The notes beneath the pieces are model-generated. The model worked only from the letters and a program-made list of their open reading frames with translations, was not told the origin of the DNA and made no database searches. From the sequence record MK250027.1: a DNA stretch of 64,000 bases. One strand, written 5' to 3'. Numbering within the stretch: position 1 is the first letter of the stretch; the number at the start of each line of letters is the position of its first letter. This document shows, piece after piece, positions 34,716-43,972 of this stretch. A program made the translations under genes and the position numbers.

Positions 34716-34723
34716 TATCTTTG
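34716..34723 (+). promoter_or_regulatory. Bacteroidota sigma-A -7 element
   Basis: TGTGTATCTTTGTATTGT. Confidence 0.7.
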
Positions 34724-34760
34724 TATTGTAAATTATTTAACTAATTAAAATAGAAAAATT

Positions 34761-35102
34761 ATGTTAAAGGTCGTAGATACATCATATTATATAATTAATA
34801 ATAAAGAAAAGAAAGAATTCTTTATATATTATGATATAAACCATAAAATAGATTGTAATATGTCATTATGGGATATTATGTTTGATTTAAATATTGAAAA
34901 TGTAAATGAAGATAATAAAGATTTTCTTTTACAAGAATTCTTTAAAAAGAATTGGACACGATTCTTTATGATTAAATCTATTCCTTATGATACTATGGTA
35001 AATGTATTACCATGGGATAGTATTTTAAATATGGTAAATCAAATTGCGCAAACAATAGTTAAATATGAAGATTTAAAAGCTATTCCATCAAACAATAAGT
35101 AG
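34761..35102 (+). CDS. Hypothetical protein
   Basis: 113-aa ORF. Confidence 0.6.
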   Translation: MLKVVDTSYYIINNKEKKEFFIYYDINHKIDCNMSLWDIMFDLNIENVNEDNKDFLLQEFFKKNWTRFFMIKSIPYDTMVNVLPWDSILNMVNQIAQTIVKYEDLKAIPSNNK

Positions 35103-35171
35103 TTTTTAAAATAAAAGAATAATAGAAATAAACAAATTAATTTAATAACTTTAATAAAAGATTAAAAAATT

Positions 35172-36755
35172 ATGGCAAATGTAGTTTTGCGACCTTGGGT
35201 AAAGGTTGTAGGAGTTATTGCGGTAGTTGCCGCTATTATGTTTGGTGCATCGAAATTCTTCGGTGGTAATAGTGATGATAAGTCATCTTCTAATAGTGGA
35301 GGATTGTTCAGTAACATTTTCTCTGGTAGTGATGATAACGTTATTACTATTGGTACAAATACATATGCAGGATTCCTTCCATTTATGTATTTGAATAATG
35401 GTCTTAATCCTAATGAGGATTGCCCTATTTACAAGGAATATGGTATTAAGTTGAAGATTGTCGTACAAGATGATTTTGCTGCAGGTCGAGCCGCATTTAA
35501 GAACGGCGATATTGATATTATTTATTGTACTGCAGATGCTCTTCCTGTTGAAATGAGCGAAGGTTCTGATATGAATGATACAAAATTCTTCAATATTTCT
35601 AACTGGTCACGAGGTGCTGATGCCATTGTAGTTAATAAAGGAATTCAGAATGTAAGCGGACTTATTGGTAAGGTTGTTTGTTGTTCACAGGGTACAGCAT
35701 CTCATACACTTTTGTTGAATACACTTGAGACAAATGGTATTGGAACAGATAAAGTAAACATGAGTAATTCTGTTGATCCAAATAAGGTTAATGTGAAGGT
35801 TGTAGATAGTGGCTTGGATGCAGCAAGTGCATTCCGTGCAGGTTCATGTGATGCAGCAGTTGTATTCTCTCCAGATGATCAGGATTTGGTTGCAACTGTT
35901 AAGGGAGCGCATGTATTGATTTCTACAACACAAGCATCAAATATTATTTGTGATGGTTTGATTGCAAAGCAGAGTTATCTTGATTCTAATAAGGAAAATA
36001 TAAAGAAACTTATTTCTGCATTGTTGTGGGCAAATAATCTTATGAATACTGATAGTAAAGCTGTAGCAACAGCAGCAAAGGCATTTGCAACTGCATATAA
36101 TACAGATGAGAATTTCGCTATTAATGGTTCAAAGAATATTCATTATGTCACATTGGGTGATGCTCAGAATTTCTTTGGGTTGAATAGCTCATATACAGGT
36201 GTAAAGGGAGATGAATTGTATTCAAAGATGGCTCGTACATATGAGTCTCTTGGACTTTGTAAGCATCCACTTGCATGGAGGAAAGTATCTTATTCTGATA
36301 TTATTGAGAGTATTGCATCTGAGCCTGATAAGGTAAAGGGCGATCAGTCTGCAGAAGCAGGTCCAAAGTTTAATGAAACATCTATATCAGATGCAGAAAC
36401 GAAGACAGCAATTTCAGACAAGAAGGTAACTATTGAATATGGTGTAAATAGTGATATTCTTGATAACGCAGCACAGAGTATTATTGATAAGGAATTTGCT
36501 GGTATTGCAAAACAGTTTGCAGGTTCAAAGATTCGAATTATTGGTAATACGGATAATACAGGTAATTATGCATATAATGTAGATTTGTCTCGTAGACGTG
36601 CACAGTCTGTTGCTAATTATCTTGTAAAAGAATATGGATTTGATAAGAATCGTTTCATTATTATTGGTAATGGTCCAAAGCGTGCTGTTACAGATGGTGT
36701 AGTAGGAGATAATAAGTCATATCGTTCTACTGATTTTCAGTTGATTTCAGAGTAA
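35172..36755 (+). CDS. ABC substrate-binding protein (NMT1/SsuA-like) fused to a C-terminal OmpA-like peptidoglycan-binding domain
   Basis: N-terminal TM; WSRGADAIVV, GTASHTLL, DAAVVFSPD; IIGNTD...NVDLSRRRAQSVANYL...IGNG. Confidence 0.85.
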   Translation: MANVVLRPWVKVVGVIAVVAAIMFGASKFFGGNSDDKSSSNSGGLFSNIFSGSDDNVITIGTNTYAGFLPFMYLNNGLNPNEDCPIYKEYGIKLKIVVQDDFAAGRAAFKNGDIDIIYCTADALPVEMSEGSDMNDTKFFNISNWSRGADAIVVNKGIQNVSGLIGKVVCCSQGTASHTLLLNTLETNGIGTDKVNMSNSVDPNKVNVKVVDSGLDAASAFRAGSCDAAVVFSPDDQDLVATVKGAHVLISTTQASNIICDGLIAKQSYLDSNKENIKKLISALLWANNLMNTDSKAVATAAKAFATAYNTDENFAINGSKNIHYVTLGDAQNFFGLNSSYTGVKGDELYSKMARTYESLGLCKHPLAWRKVSYSDIIESIASEPDKVKGDQSAEAGPKFNETSISDAETKTAISDKKVTIEYGVNSDILDNAAQSIIDKEFAGIAKQFAGSKIRIIGNTDNTGNYAYNVDLSRRRAQSVANYLVKEYGFDKNRFIIIGNGPKRAVTDGVVGDNKSYRSTDFQLISE

Positions 36756-36773
36756 TTAAAATAAATTATAAAC

Positions 36774-36823
36774 ATGCGGTTTATAGAAAATAATTTTTAT
36801 TAAATTCTATAAACCGCATTTTT
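36774..36823 (+). terminator. Terminator-like hairpin
   Basis: atgcggtttataga/tctataaaccgcat plus T-run. Confidence 0.7.
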
Positions 36824-36827
36824 AATT

Positions 36828-37325
36828 ATGAAATATAAGCATGAATTAATAGGTAAGAAAGTATTAATTATATGTGATTGTGATGGTATAAGTATTCATC
36901 GAATATATTGTGCATATATATTGGGTGAAGTTATTGATTATAATCCTATTACAAATGAAATAAGTATTAGGATAATTAATAATGATATGAATTACTATAG
37001 AATGTACAAATTATTTTATAGTAAATTAGGAACACGTACATATTTTGAATTTAAACTTAATACATATGATCCTTTTGATCATAAATACTGTTCAGATAAT
37101 CGTTTAGGATATATAGATCCAAGGGACTATAATGATTTATGGTGGTATGAAGCATATTCAGGTAATGAAGCAATATCATTATTAAAAAATAACCTATTAG
37201 AAACAAAAGATAAACCTGTATATAATTATTGTTATCTATCTACTGATTGTTATGGTAGTTTTAAATCTAAAAAAGAATATTTAACATATCTTTTAAATGA
37301 ATTAAGTAATGAAAATACAGAATGA
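36828..37325 (+). CDS. Paralog family X, copy 1
   Basis: MKYKHELIGKKVLIIC...YCAYILG...DPF. Confidence 0.75.
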   Translation: MKYKHELIGKKVLIICDCDGISIHRIYCAYILGEVIDYNPITNEISIRIINNDMNYYRMYKLFYSKLGTRTYFEFKLNTYDPFDHKYCSDNRLGYIDPRDYNDLWWYEAYSGNEAISLLKNNLLETKDKPVYNYCYLSTDCYGSFKSKKEYLTYLLNELSNENTE

Positions 37326-37749
37326 TTTAATAGGTAAAAAAGTACTAATTATTCATACATATGTTAGTAAATTCTTTAGGAGTTATTGTACATACCATAT
37401 AGCAACAATTAAATATTATTATCCATCAGGTAATTTTATTATTGTAGAATGTCCGAATATTAATCGCACAAGATTTACATTAATAGATCATGATGATCCA
37501 TTTATAAATAAAGATTATTCAGATAAAAAATTGGCAATGAATTTTTCAACTAATGATGGATGGTATTATGTATTTACAAATGAATATTCAATCAAGCAAT
37601 TAAAATATAATTTAATACATTATAAGAATAAACGTTCATTCAATAGTTGTAGAATGATAGTTTCTACGGGGCGTTTAATGACAACAAAAGAACGAAAAAA
37701 CTGTTTTGAAACATTATTAAGTAAAATACAAGATGAAATATCGAAATGA
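37309..37749 (+). CDS. Paralog family X, copy 2
   Basis: MKIQNDLIGKKVLII...YCTY...DDPF. Confidence 0.75.
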   Translation: MKIQNDLIGKKVLIIHTYVSKFFRSYCTYHIATIKYYYPSGNFIIVECPNINRTRFTLIDHDDPFINKDYSDKKLAMNFSTNDGWYYVFTNEYSIKQLKYNLIHYKNKRSFNSCRMIVSTGRLMTTKERKNCFETLLSKIQDEISK

Positions 37750-38191
37750 TTTAATAGATAAGAAAGTATTAATTATATGTAATAGTTCTGGTCCTAACAA
37801 CTGGAATCATTATTGTAGTTATGTTGTTGGGAAAGTAATAAGTTATAATCCATCTATTAATTCTATAATGATTGAATATGGTGATAAAACACGAAACTAT
37901 TTTTCTTTAATTGATTATAATGATCCATTTAAGAAACATAATGATAGTTATAATAGAGGACTATATAAACGATTAGCATATAAAATACCATTGAATAGAT
38001 ATTCAGAAAGTTGGTGGTATGATGTCTTTTCATTACAATCTGCAGAAAAATTATTAAATCATAATATTAAACATTCACGAGAAAAATATGTATATGGTGA
38101 ATGTATATTATCAAAAGTATGTTATAATCATATAAGTAAAAAGAATTTTTTTGAATTATTATTAAAAGAATTAAAAGATGAATCTAATTAA
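37733..38191 (+). CDS. Paralog family X, copy 3
   Basis: MKYRNDLIDKKVLIIC...YCSYVVG...NDPF. Confidence 0.75.
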   Translation: MKYRNDLIDKKVLIICNSSGPNNWNHYCSYVVGKVISYNPSINSIMIEYGDKTRNYFSLIDYNDPFKKHNDSYNRGLYKRLAYKIPLNRYSESWWYDVFSLQSAEKLLNHNIKHSREKYVYGECILSKVCYNHISKKNFFELLLKELKDESN

Positions 38192-39011
38192 ACGTTTATT
38201 TAAATTTGGAGGAACTTCTGATTTTGGTACGTTAACAAATGTAATTATTAGTATCATAGGTGCTGTTATTATCATTATGGGATGGCATTTCATTTCTGCA
38301 TATGATATTGTATCTAGTAATATTCTTCCAGATCCATTTAAGGTAATTGGTAGTATTCCTACACTTATTACTGAAAATCATTTGTTTGCAAATATTTGGT
38401 ATACAGTGAAACTAAATCTTTCATGTTATGTATATGCAATTTTGCTGTCATTTCCAATAGGATTTTTTATAGCATTATATCCTATTAATAATATACTATT
38501 TGGAAAATATATTAATTCTGTAAGATTTATTCCATTGCCTTCTATTACAGGAATTTTCTTAGCAATATTTGGACTTACATTTGGAATGAAAGTATGGTTT
38601 CTTACTGTTGCAATTATGATTTACATTATTCCTTCTGTTGTTAATAAGGTAAATGATTTACAAAATCCTGCTAATGAAAAAGATAATGTATATCTTCAGA
38701 CCGCACAAACAATGGGTATGTCTGCATGGCAGAAGTTCAGATATGTATATTTCCCTTATGTAACAGGTGGTGTAGTTGATTCTTGTATTGATTTGCTTGC
38801 AATTAGTTATAGTTATGTAGTTATTGCAGAAATGATTTATAAGGATGGAACTATAAGTGGTATGGGTGCATTGATTAATACGATGGTAAGACAATCACAA
38901 ATGTCTTCCGCATATGCATTGTTATTCTTAATTATTATTATTGGTTGCGTACAGGATTTCTTGTTTAAGAAAGGTGCAAGACTATTATTTCCTTACAAAT
39001 ATAAAAATTAA
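38178..39011 (+). CDS. ABC transporter permease (SsuC/NitT-like)
   Basis: LPDPFKV, multiple TMs, EAA loop YLQTAQTMGMSAWQKFRYVYFP. Confidence 0.9.
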   Translation: MNLIKRLFKFGGTSDFGTLTNVIISIIGAVIIIMGWHFISAYDIVSSNILPDPFKVIGSIPTLITENHLFANIWYTVKLNLSCYVYAILLSFPIGFFIALYPINNILFGKYINSVRFIPLPSITGIFLAIFGLTFGMKVWFLTVAIMIYIIPSVVNKVNDLQNPANEKDNVYLQTAQTMGMSAWQKFRYVYFPYVTGGVVDSCIDLLAISYSYVVIAEMIYKDGTISGMGALINTMVRQSQMSSAYALLFLIIIIGCVQDFLFKKGARLLFPYKYKN

Positions 39012-39019
39012 TAAAGATT

Positions 39020-40009
39020 ATGAGTGATTTTAAAACATTATTTGGACAAAATAATCAAGAGGATAAGAAAACACCTATCCTGTTAGAACAAGAAAAAAAT
39101 ATTAATTCATCTACAAATGATTCCAGTATTCCTGATGTAAGTAATAATGTAGATAAGTCAAATACACCAGATGTAAGTTTACCTAATAATCAGAAAAAAG
39201 ATCGGGGTGATGGTAAAATAGATGTTGTTAATTTTAAAAATTTAACACAAATATTTAATAAAGGTAAGAAAAATGAATATAAATTATTTGAAAATTTCTC
39301 TTTGAATATAAATGATATTCCGAATGATTTTCAATCCGTGAGTATTATGGGCACATCTGGCTGTGGAAAAAGCAGATTAGTACGTCTTTTATGTGGATTG
39401 GATGACGTTCAATCTGGAAGTGTTTCTGTATATGGTAAATCATTATCAGAATTTGGTAATATTCCTATGGTATTTCAAAATCATAGTAATAGTAATTATC
39501 CTTGGATGAAAATTATAGATAATGTAATGTTACCAATGATTATTAGAGGATTTTCTAAAAAAGATGCGTATGAGAAAGCATTACAATTGATTAAGTTAGT
39601 TGGACTTGAAGGAAAAGAAAACGATTATCCAAATATGCTAAGTGGCGGACAAAATCAACGTATAGCAATTAGTAAATGTCTTGCTTCGAATTCTCAAATT
39701 ATTGTATTAGATGAAGCAACTGGCGCATTAGATATAAAAATGAAAAAAGAGATTCAAAATATTATTTTAAAAATATTATATGATTCAAACGTAGATCCTA
39801 CTATTATTAATATTACTCATAGTATTGAAGAGGCTCTATATATAAGTAATAAAATTTTTATATTAAAAGCTAACCCTTGCGGTATTGTTAAAGTTATGAA
39901 TATTCATTATCCAAATGAAGAAAATATGCACCGAGATGAATGGATTTTTCAAACAGAAGAGTATAAAAAATATTATTTAGAATTATCAAAAACATTATCT
40001 AATATTTAA
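39020..40009 (+). CDS. ABC transporter ATPase (SsuB/TauB-like)
   Basis: Walker A GTSGCGKS, Q-loop VFQ, LSGGQNQR, LDEATGALD, ITH. Confidence 0.92.
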   Translation: MSDFKTLFGQNNQEDKKTPILLEQEKNINSSTNDSSIPDVSNNVDKSNTPDVSLPNNQKKDRGDGKIDVVNFKNLTQIFNKGKKNEYKLFENFSLNINDIPNDFQSVSIMGTSGCGKSRLVRLLCGLDDVQSGSVSVYGKSLSEFGNIPMVFQNHSNSNYPWMKIIDNVMLPMIIRGFSKKDAYEKALQLIKLVGLEGKENDYPNMLSGGQNQRIAISKCLASNSQIIVLDEATGALDIKMKKEIQNIILKILYDSNVDPTIINITHSIEEALYISNKIFILKANPCGIVKVMNIHYPNEENMHRDEWIFQTEEYKKYYLELSKTLSNI

Positions 40010-40052
40010 ATAGATAAATATAATGGATTCATAATTATTTATGAATTTATAT

Positions 40053-40090
40053 TTTGCAAAGTTGAGCATATTACTAAATTTAGTAATATG
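40053..40090 (+). terminator. Terminator between the ATPase and the endonuclease
   Basis: gagcatattactaaa/tttagtaatatgctc plus T-run. Confidence 0.75.
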
Positions 40091-40139
40091 CTCTTTTATT
40101 TTATAGATAAATATAATGCAAAATATAAATTAAATAATT

Positions 40140-41303
40140 ATGAGAAATATTACACATGATGAATTTATCACATGTGCTAGATCTATACACGGTGATAAAT
40201 ATGATTATTCATAGACAAAGTTTATTAATAAATCTACGTTAATTAAGGTATCTGATAATATACATGGTATTTTTGAAATTCTTCCATTTAAACATTTATT
40301 ATACGATGGATATAATAAAAATTATTTAAATAGTTATGCGAATGAATACAAAAAACATTTTATAGAAGTATGAGTTCATAATAATAAATATGATTATTCA
40401 AAAACAGTATATATACATTCATAAACAAAAATGTTAATAACATGTCCTATACATGGTGATTTTTATCAATTACCAATGTCACATATACATGGTAAAGGTT
40501 GTAGTAAATGTGGTGATTTATCTACAGCTTATAAACAAGCATATACAACTGAAGAATTTATTAATAAATCAAAATAGATACATGGTAATAAATATGATTA
40601 TTCTAATGTACATTATATAAGTAACAAATATAAGGTTATTATAGGATGTCCTATACATGGTAATTTTTTATAGTCTCCTGATAAACATTTAAATGGTTGT
40701 GGTTGTAGAAAATGTGCTGATATTTATACAGCAAATGTACGTAGAAAAACTACAGAATGGTTTATTACTAAAGCAATACAAATACATGGTATGAGATATG
40801 ATTATAGTAAAGTAAATTATACTGGTATTTGGAATAAAATAAAAATAATTTGTAATGAACATGGGACTTTCTTTTAGTCTCCTCGAAAGCATTTATTAGG
40901 TCATGGTTGTCCAAAATGTGTTTTATATAAATTAGAAAATACAATATCATTATTACTTGATAACAATAATATTAAATATAATAAAAATTATAAAGAATTT
41001 AAATGGTTAATAAATGATATTAATCATTCATTAGAATTAGATTTCTATATACCTGAATATAATATTGCTATAGAATGTTAGGGTAAATAGCATTTTGAAC
41101 CAGTTGAAAAATTTGGAGGAAATGAAGCATATCAAATATAGGTTAAAAATGATTAGATAAAATAGACATTATGTAAATAGCATAATATAAAATTATGTTA
41201 TTTTTGTGACAAATATAACTATATAAATAATTATAAATTAGGATATTTAACATATAAAACAGAAAATTTATTAGAATATATACGATTTCATTTATTGGTT
41301 TAA
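40140..41303 (+). pseudogene. Decaying homing-endonuclease-like gene (DUF723-like Zn repeats plus PD-(D/E)XK domain), TAG=Gln; true stops at 40371 (TGA) and 40422 (TAA)
   Basis: Repeats IHGxKYDYS...CPIHGxFxQ.P..H..G.GC.KC; LDFYIPEYNIAIEC[TAG]GK[TAG]HF; 10 in-frame TAG. Confidence 0.8.
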
Positions 41304-41308
41304 TATAC

Positions 41309-41656
41309 ATTTCAATAGCCCGATCACTTGCATGTGATTCAAAATTACTTATGTTAGATGAATATTCGTCAGGTCTTGATTATTTCACTAAATTTGAATT
41401 ACAAGATCTTCTATTAAGTATTTTTAATAATAGAGATGTAGATAGAACATTCTTGATGGTTACTCATGATATTTCAGAGGCTGTATATCTTTCAAATCGT
41501 ATTTATATATTGGAACCAAATCCATGTAGAATCAAGGATGTAATTGATATTAAATTCAGTCAACCAAGAACACAAGCTATTCGTGAAACAGATGAATTTA
41601 AAAATTATCAAGCTAAAGTTCTTAAAGCATTAAATGAAACAATTAATAATAAGTAA
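41309..41656 (+). pseudogene. Orphan C-terminal half of a second ABC ATPase (ATG at 41351 gives 101 aa)
   Basis: ISIARSLACDSKLLMLDEYSSGLD...VTHD colinear with 39020 from just after its LSGGQNQR; no Walker A. Confidence 0.85.
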
Positions 41657-41667
41657 TTTTAAAAATT

Positions 41668-42003
41668 ATGACAAAACATATTATAACATTTGGTGATCTT
41701 AATTCTGGAGATCATATTTTTAGATATAGAATTGTTAAAGACAAAGCTAAATTAGAAACATTAGTAGTACAAGATATTAAAATTACAAATGATAAAGCTA
41801 TAATAATTATAAAAGATTCATCCATAATTTATACTTTTGATAAAGAACGAACATATATTATGGGCGGTAATAATGATGATTGGAGTAGTTCTGTCATTGT
41901 CTCCGATTATGAATTAGTGGAATTCATTAAAACTGTTATTAATATAACAAAACAACCACTTATAAGACAACATGTTAATTTAATAAATTTTATATCAGAT
42001 TGA
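41668..42003 (+). CDS. Hypothetical protein
   Basis: 111-aa ORF; terminator at 42009-42048. Confidence 0.65.
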   Translation: MTKHIITFGDLNSGDHIFRYRIVKDKAKLETLVVQDIKITNDKAIIIIKDSSIIYTFDKERTYIMGGNNDDWSSSVIVSDYELVEFIKTVINITKQPLIRQHVNLINFISD

Positions 42004-42061
42004 AATATAAAAAGGTGAGATAATATACTAAACTATCTCACCTTTTTTCTTTATATATAAT

Positions 42062-42514
42062 ATGAAAATATTAAATGATATAGTTAATAAAAAAGTATTA
42101 ATAATATATAAATGTAATGGTCCTGCTGGATGGCATAGAGATTATTGTGGTTATAAAATTGGGAAAATAGTAGAATATAATATTGAAAATAATACTATTA
42201 ATATTGAAGATAAAAAGAAAAATATAAAAACATATAAAATTATAGATAAAAAAGATCCATTTAATTTAAATTTAATACAAAATAATGATAATAGATTCGC
42301 ATATTATCATATTTCAAAATATAGGCAAATACGTGAATGGGAAAATGTTTTTATATATAATGATGCATTAACTATTTTAAAAAATAGTATTAAACAATCA
42401 CATTCACAATATGTATATAAACTATTTTGTTTATCTTCATTTTCATATGGTAAAAAAACAAAGAAAAGGTTTTTAAGAGATTTATTAAAGGAATTAGAAG
42501 AAAATTATCAATAA
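42062..42514 (+). CDS. Paralog family X, copy 4
   Basis: MKILNDIVNKKVLII...YCGYKIG...KDPF. Confidence 0.75.
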   Translation: MKILNDIVNKKVLIIYKCNGPAGWHRDYCGYKIGKIVEYNIENNTINIEDKKKNIKTYKIIDKKDPFNLNLIQNNDNRFAYYHISKYRQIREWENVFIYNDALTILKNSIKQSHSQYVYKLFCLSSFSYGKKTKKRFLRDLLKELEENYQ

Positions 42515-42539
42515 TATTTTTTGTTTAAAATAAAATGTG

Positions 42540-42547
42540 TATCTTTG
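42540..42547 (+). promoter_or_regulatory. Bacteroidota sigma-A -7 element
   Basis: TGTGTATCTTTGTATTGT plus AACAATTAAAAATATA leader. Confidence 0.75.
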
Positions 42548-42588
42548 TATTGTTAATAAAATAATGAACAATTAAAAATATAAACAAT

Positions 42589-42915
42589 ATGAAAGCAAAT
42601 TTTGTAACGGTTATCAAGAAGAGAGCAATCAAGAATGTACCAGCATTTCAAGATTTCTCAATGAAACAGATTAAGGTTATTAGTAATTCACCTAATTATC
42701 CAAATTCTGTAACTTTGTCTATGGACATTTATTGTGATAATGTTGATGGTTATATTTTTAATAATGCATCTACAAATGAACAATATGCATTGACATCTGT
42801 TCAACTTAGTGACGCATTACGTAAGATGATTAGTAATAAAAAGTGTTATAAGCCTAACAGTAAGGAAGATTTACTTAGACTTACATTTGATACTATTGAA
42901 TCTTTTAAATTTTAA
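42589..42915 (+). CDS. Hypothetical protein
   Basis: 108-aa ORF behind the promoter. Confidence 0.7.
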   Translation: MKANFVTVIKKRAIKNVPAFQDFSMKQIKVISNSPNYPNSVTLSMDIYCDNVDGYIFNNASTNEQYALTSVQLSDALRKMISNKKCYKPNSKEDLLRLTFDTIESFKF

Positions 42916-42925
42916 TTAATTTAAA

Positions 42926-42956
42926 TGTAGACAATAATACATTATTAATATATAAT
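42926..42956 (+). promoter_or_regulatory. Sigma70-like promoter TAGACA-N17-TATAAT
   Basis: TGTAGACAAT motif with exact 17-bp spacing, recurring at 43014 and 47125. Confidence 0.65.
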
Positions 42957-43013
42957 ATATATAAATTATTTGATTAAACAAATTAATGAAAAATTAAAAA
43001 TAATTTATTAAAA

Positions 43014-43044
43014 TGTAGACAATATCAAATAAATAACATATAAA
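43014..43044 (+). promoter_or_regulatory. Sigma70-like promoter TAGACA-N17-TATAAA upstream of the tRNA
   Basis: Second copy of the motif. Confidence 0.65.
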
Positions 43045-43164
43045 TAATATAATAATTAAAAACAAACGCTTATTTGATTTTCGTAGCGTTATGGATAAGT
43101 TGATAGAATTCAGAAATTCCTTTTAAGACGAATACACATGGAATGGTCCATTGGTGGAATTGGT

Positions 43165-43473
43165 AAAGTGTTTGCCTGCATTAATTTGTAGAATCCATCA
43201 AATTCAGTATCAGTTAGGATTAAATTTTAAATATTAGTAGTTGCTATTGACGAAAATATTGACAATAATTAATTTATTGTTACCTGAGGAATAAGTGTTT
43301 ATTTAATAAACAACGAAGAAGCTGACTAAGAAAACCTAAGGTCTTCATAAGAAGATAGCTTGGTAATACTGAGCCAAGATAATTTTTAATTATAAGGTGC
43401 AGAGACTATACGGTGGGAACTAATAGCAAGTTAAGATATAGTCCAAACTTTATAGAAATATAAAGAGTTTTTG
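43165..43473 (+). ncRNA. Group I intron in the tRNA D-loop (309 nt, no ORF)
   Basis: 5' exon ends in U and intron ends in G; P1 GGU-AAA/UUU-GCC; P10 AGACAC/GUGUUU; GCAGAGACUA and AAGAUAUAGUCC core elements. Confidence 0.85.
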
Positions 43474-43488
43474 AGACACGAGGGACTT

Positions 43489-43836
43489 AAAAAATTTGAG
43501 TGCTCTATTGAGAAATCATAGAAGTAGAATCTCCCTAACGAAACGGAAGCCTAATTATTGGTGACAATAATGGTGGTGACGAACTCACTAAGTTGTTATA
43601 GAACGTTAATCTATATTAAATGTAAATTGAAGTGTTACAGCATAAATAGCGAAGAGACTATAGAGGAGATACCTAAGTTAAAGTACACGAAGAATAATCA
43701 ATTAGATTATCACTATATATGAAGAGTATATAGTTTTATAATAAGGAATGCGCATTACTTTAATATGGTAGTAAAATAGTCCAGACTACAACATCTTAAT
43801 AATTAAGATGGCTTGTATTAAAGCAAGAGTAGTAAG
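43489..43836 (+). ncRNA. Group I intron in the anticodon (U^AA; 348 nt, no ORF)
   Basis: P1 ACUU/GAGU with U.G at the splice site; GAAGAGACUA and AAUAGUCC core; terminal G; same site as the cyanobacterial trnL intron. Confidence 0.85.
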
Positions 43837-43893
43837 AAAATCCCTTGGGCAGAAATGCCCGTGCCGGTTCGAATCCGGCATGGACCACATATA

Positions 43894-43933
43894 AAAGTCT
43901 GATAATCAATAGGTTAGATTATCAGACTTTTAT
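43894..43933 (+). terminator. Terminator after the tRNA
   Basis: aaaagtctgataatc/gattatcagactttt. Confidence 0.8.
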
Positions 43934-43972
43934 TTTTATATAGTATATAAAGTATAATTAATATTTTTAATA

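Larger units (their letters stand above)
43145..43887 (+). tRNA. trnL: tRNA-Leu(UAA) in three exons (43145-43164, 43474-43488, 43837-43887); CCA not encoded
   Basis: The spliced 86-nt sequence folds: acceptor GGTCCAT/ATGGACC, D-arm GTGGAATTGGT^AGACAC, anticodon AGGGA-CTT^AAAA-TCCCT, long variable arm, T-arm GCCGG-TTCGAAT-CCGGC. Confidence 0.9.

Noticed and set aside
40010-41308. Group I intron or intein splitting the ABC ATPase
   Set aside because: The upstream ATPase is complete with its own stop and terminator; no R/S core elements, no intein termini and no second N-terminal half were found
43045-43144. 100-nt tRNA leader with a small AACGCT/AGCGTT stem as a separate ncRNA
   Set aside because: Only one short stem; best treated as a precursor leader without further evidence
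43045-43890. Amber suppressor tRNA (CUA) expected for TAG recoding
   Set aside because: The only tRNA found splices to anticodon UAA with Leu-type features; any suppressor must lie outside this window
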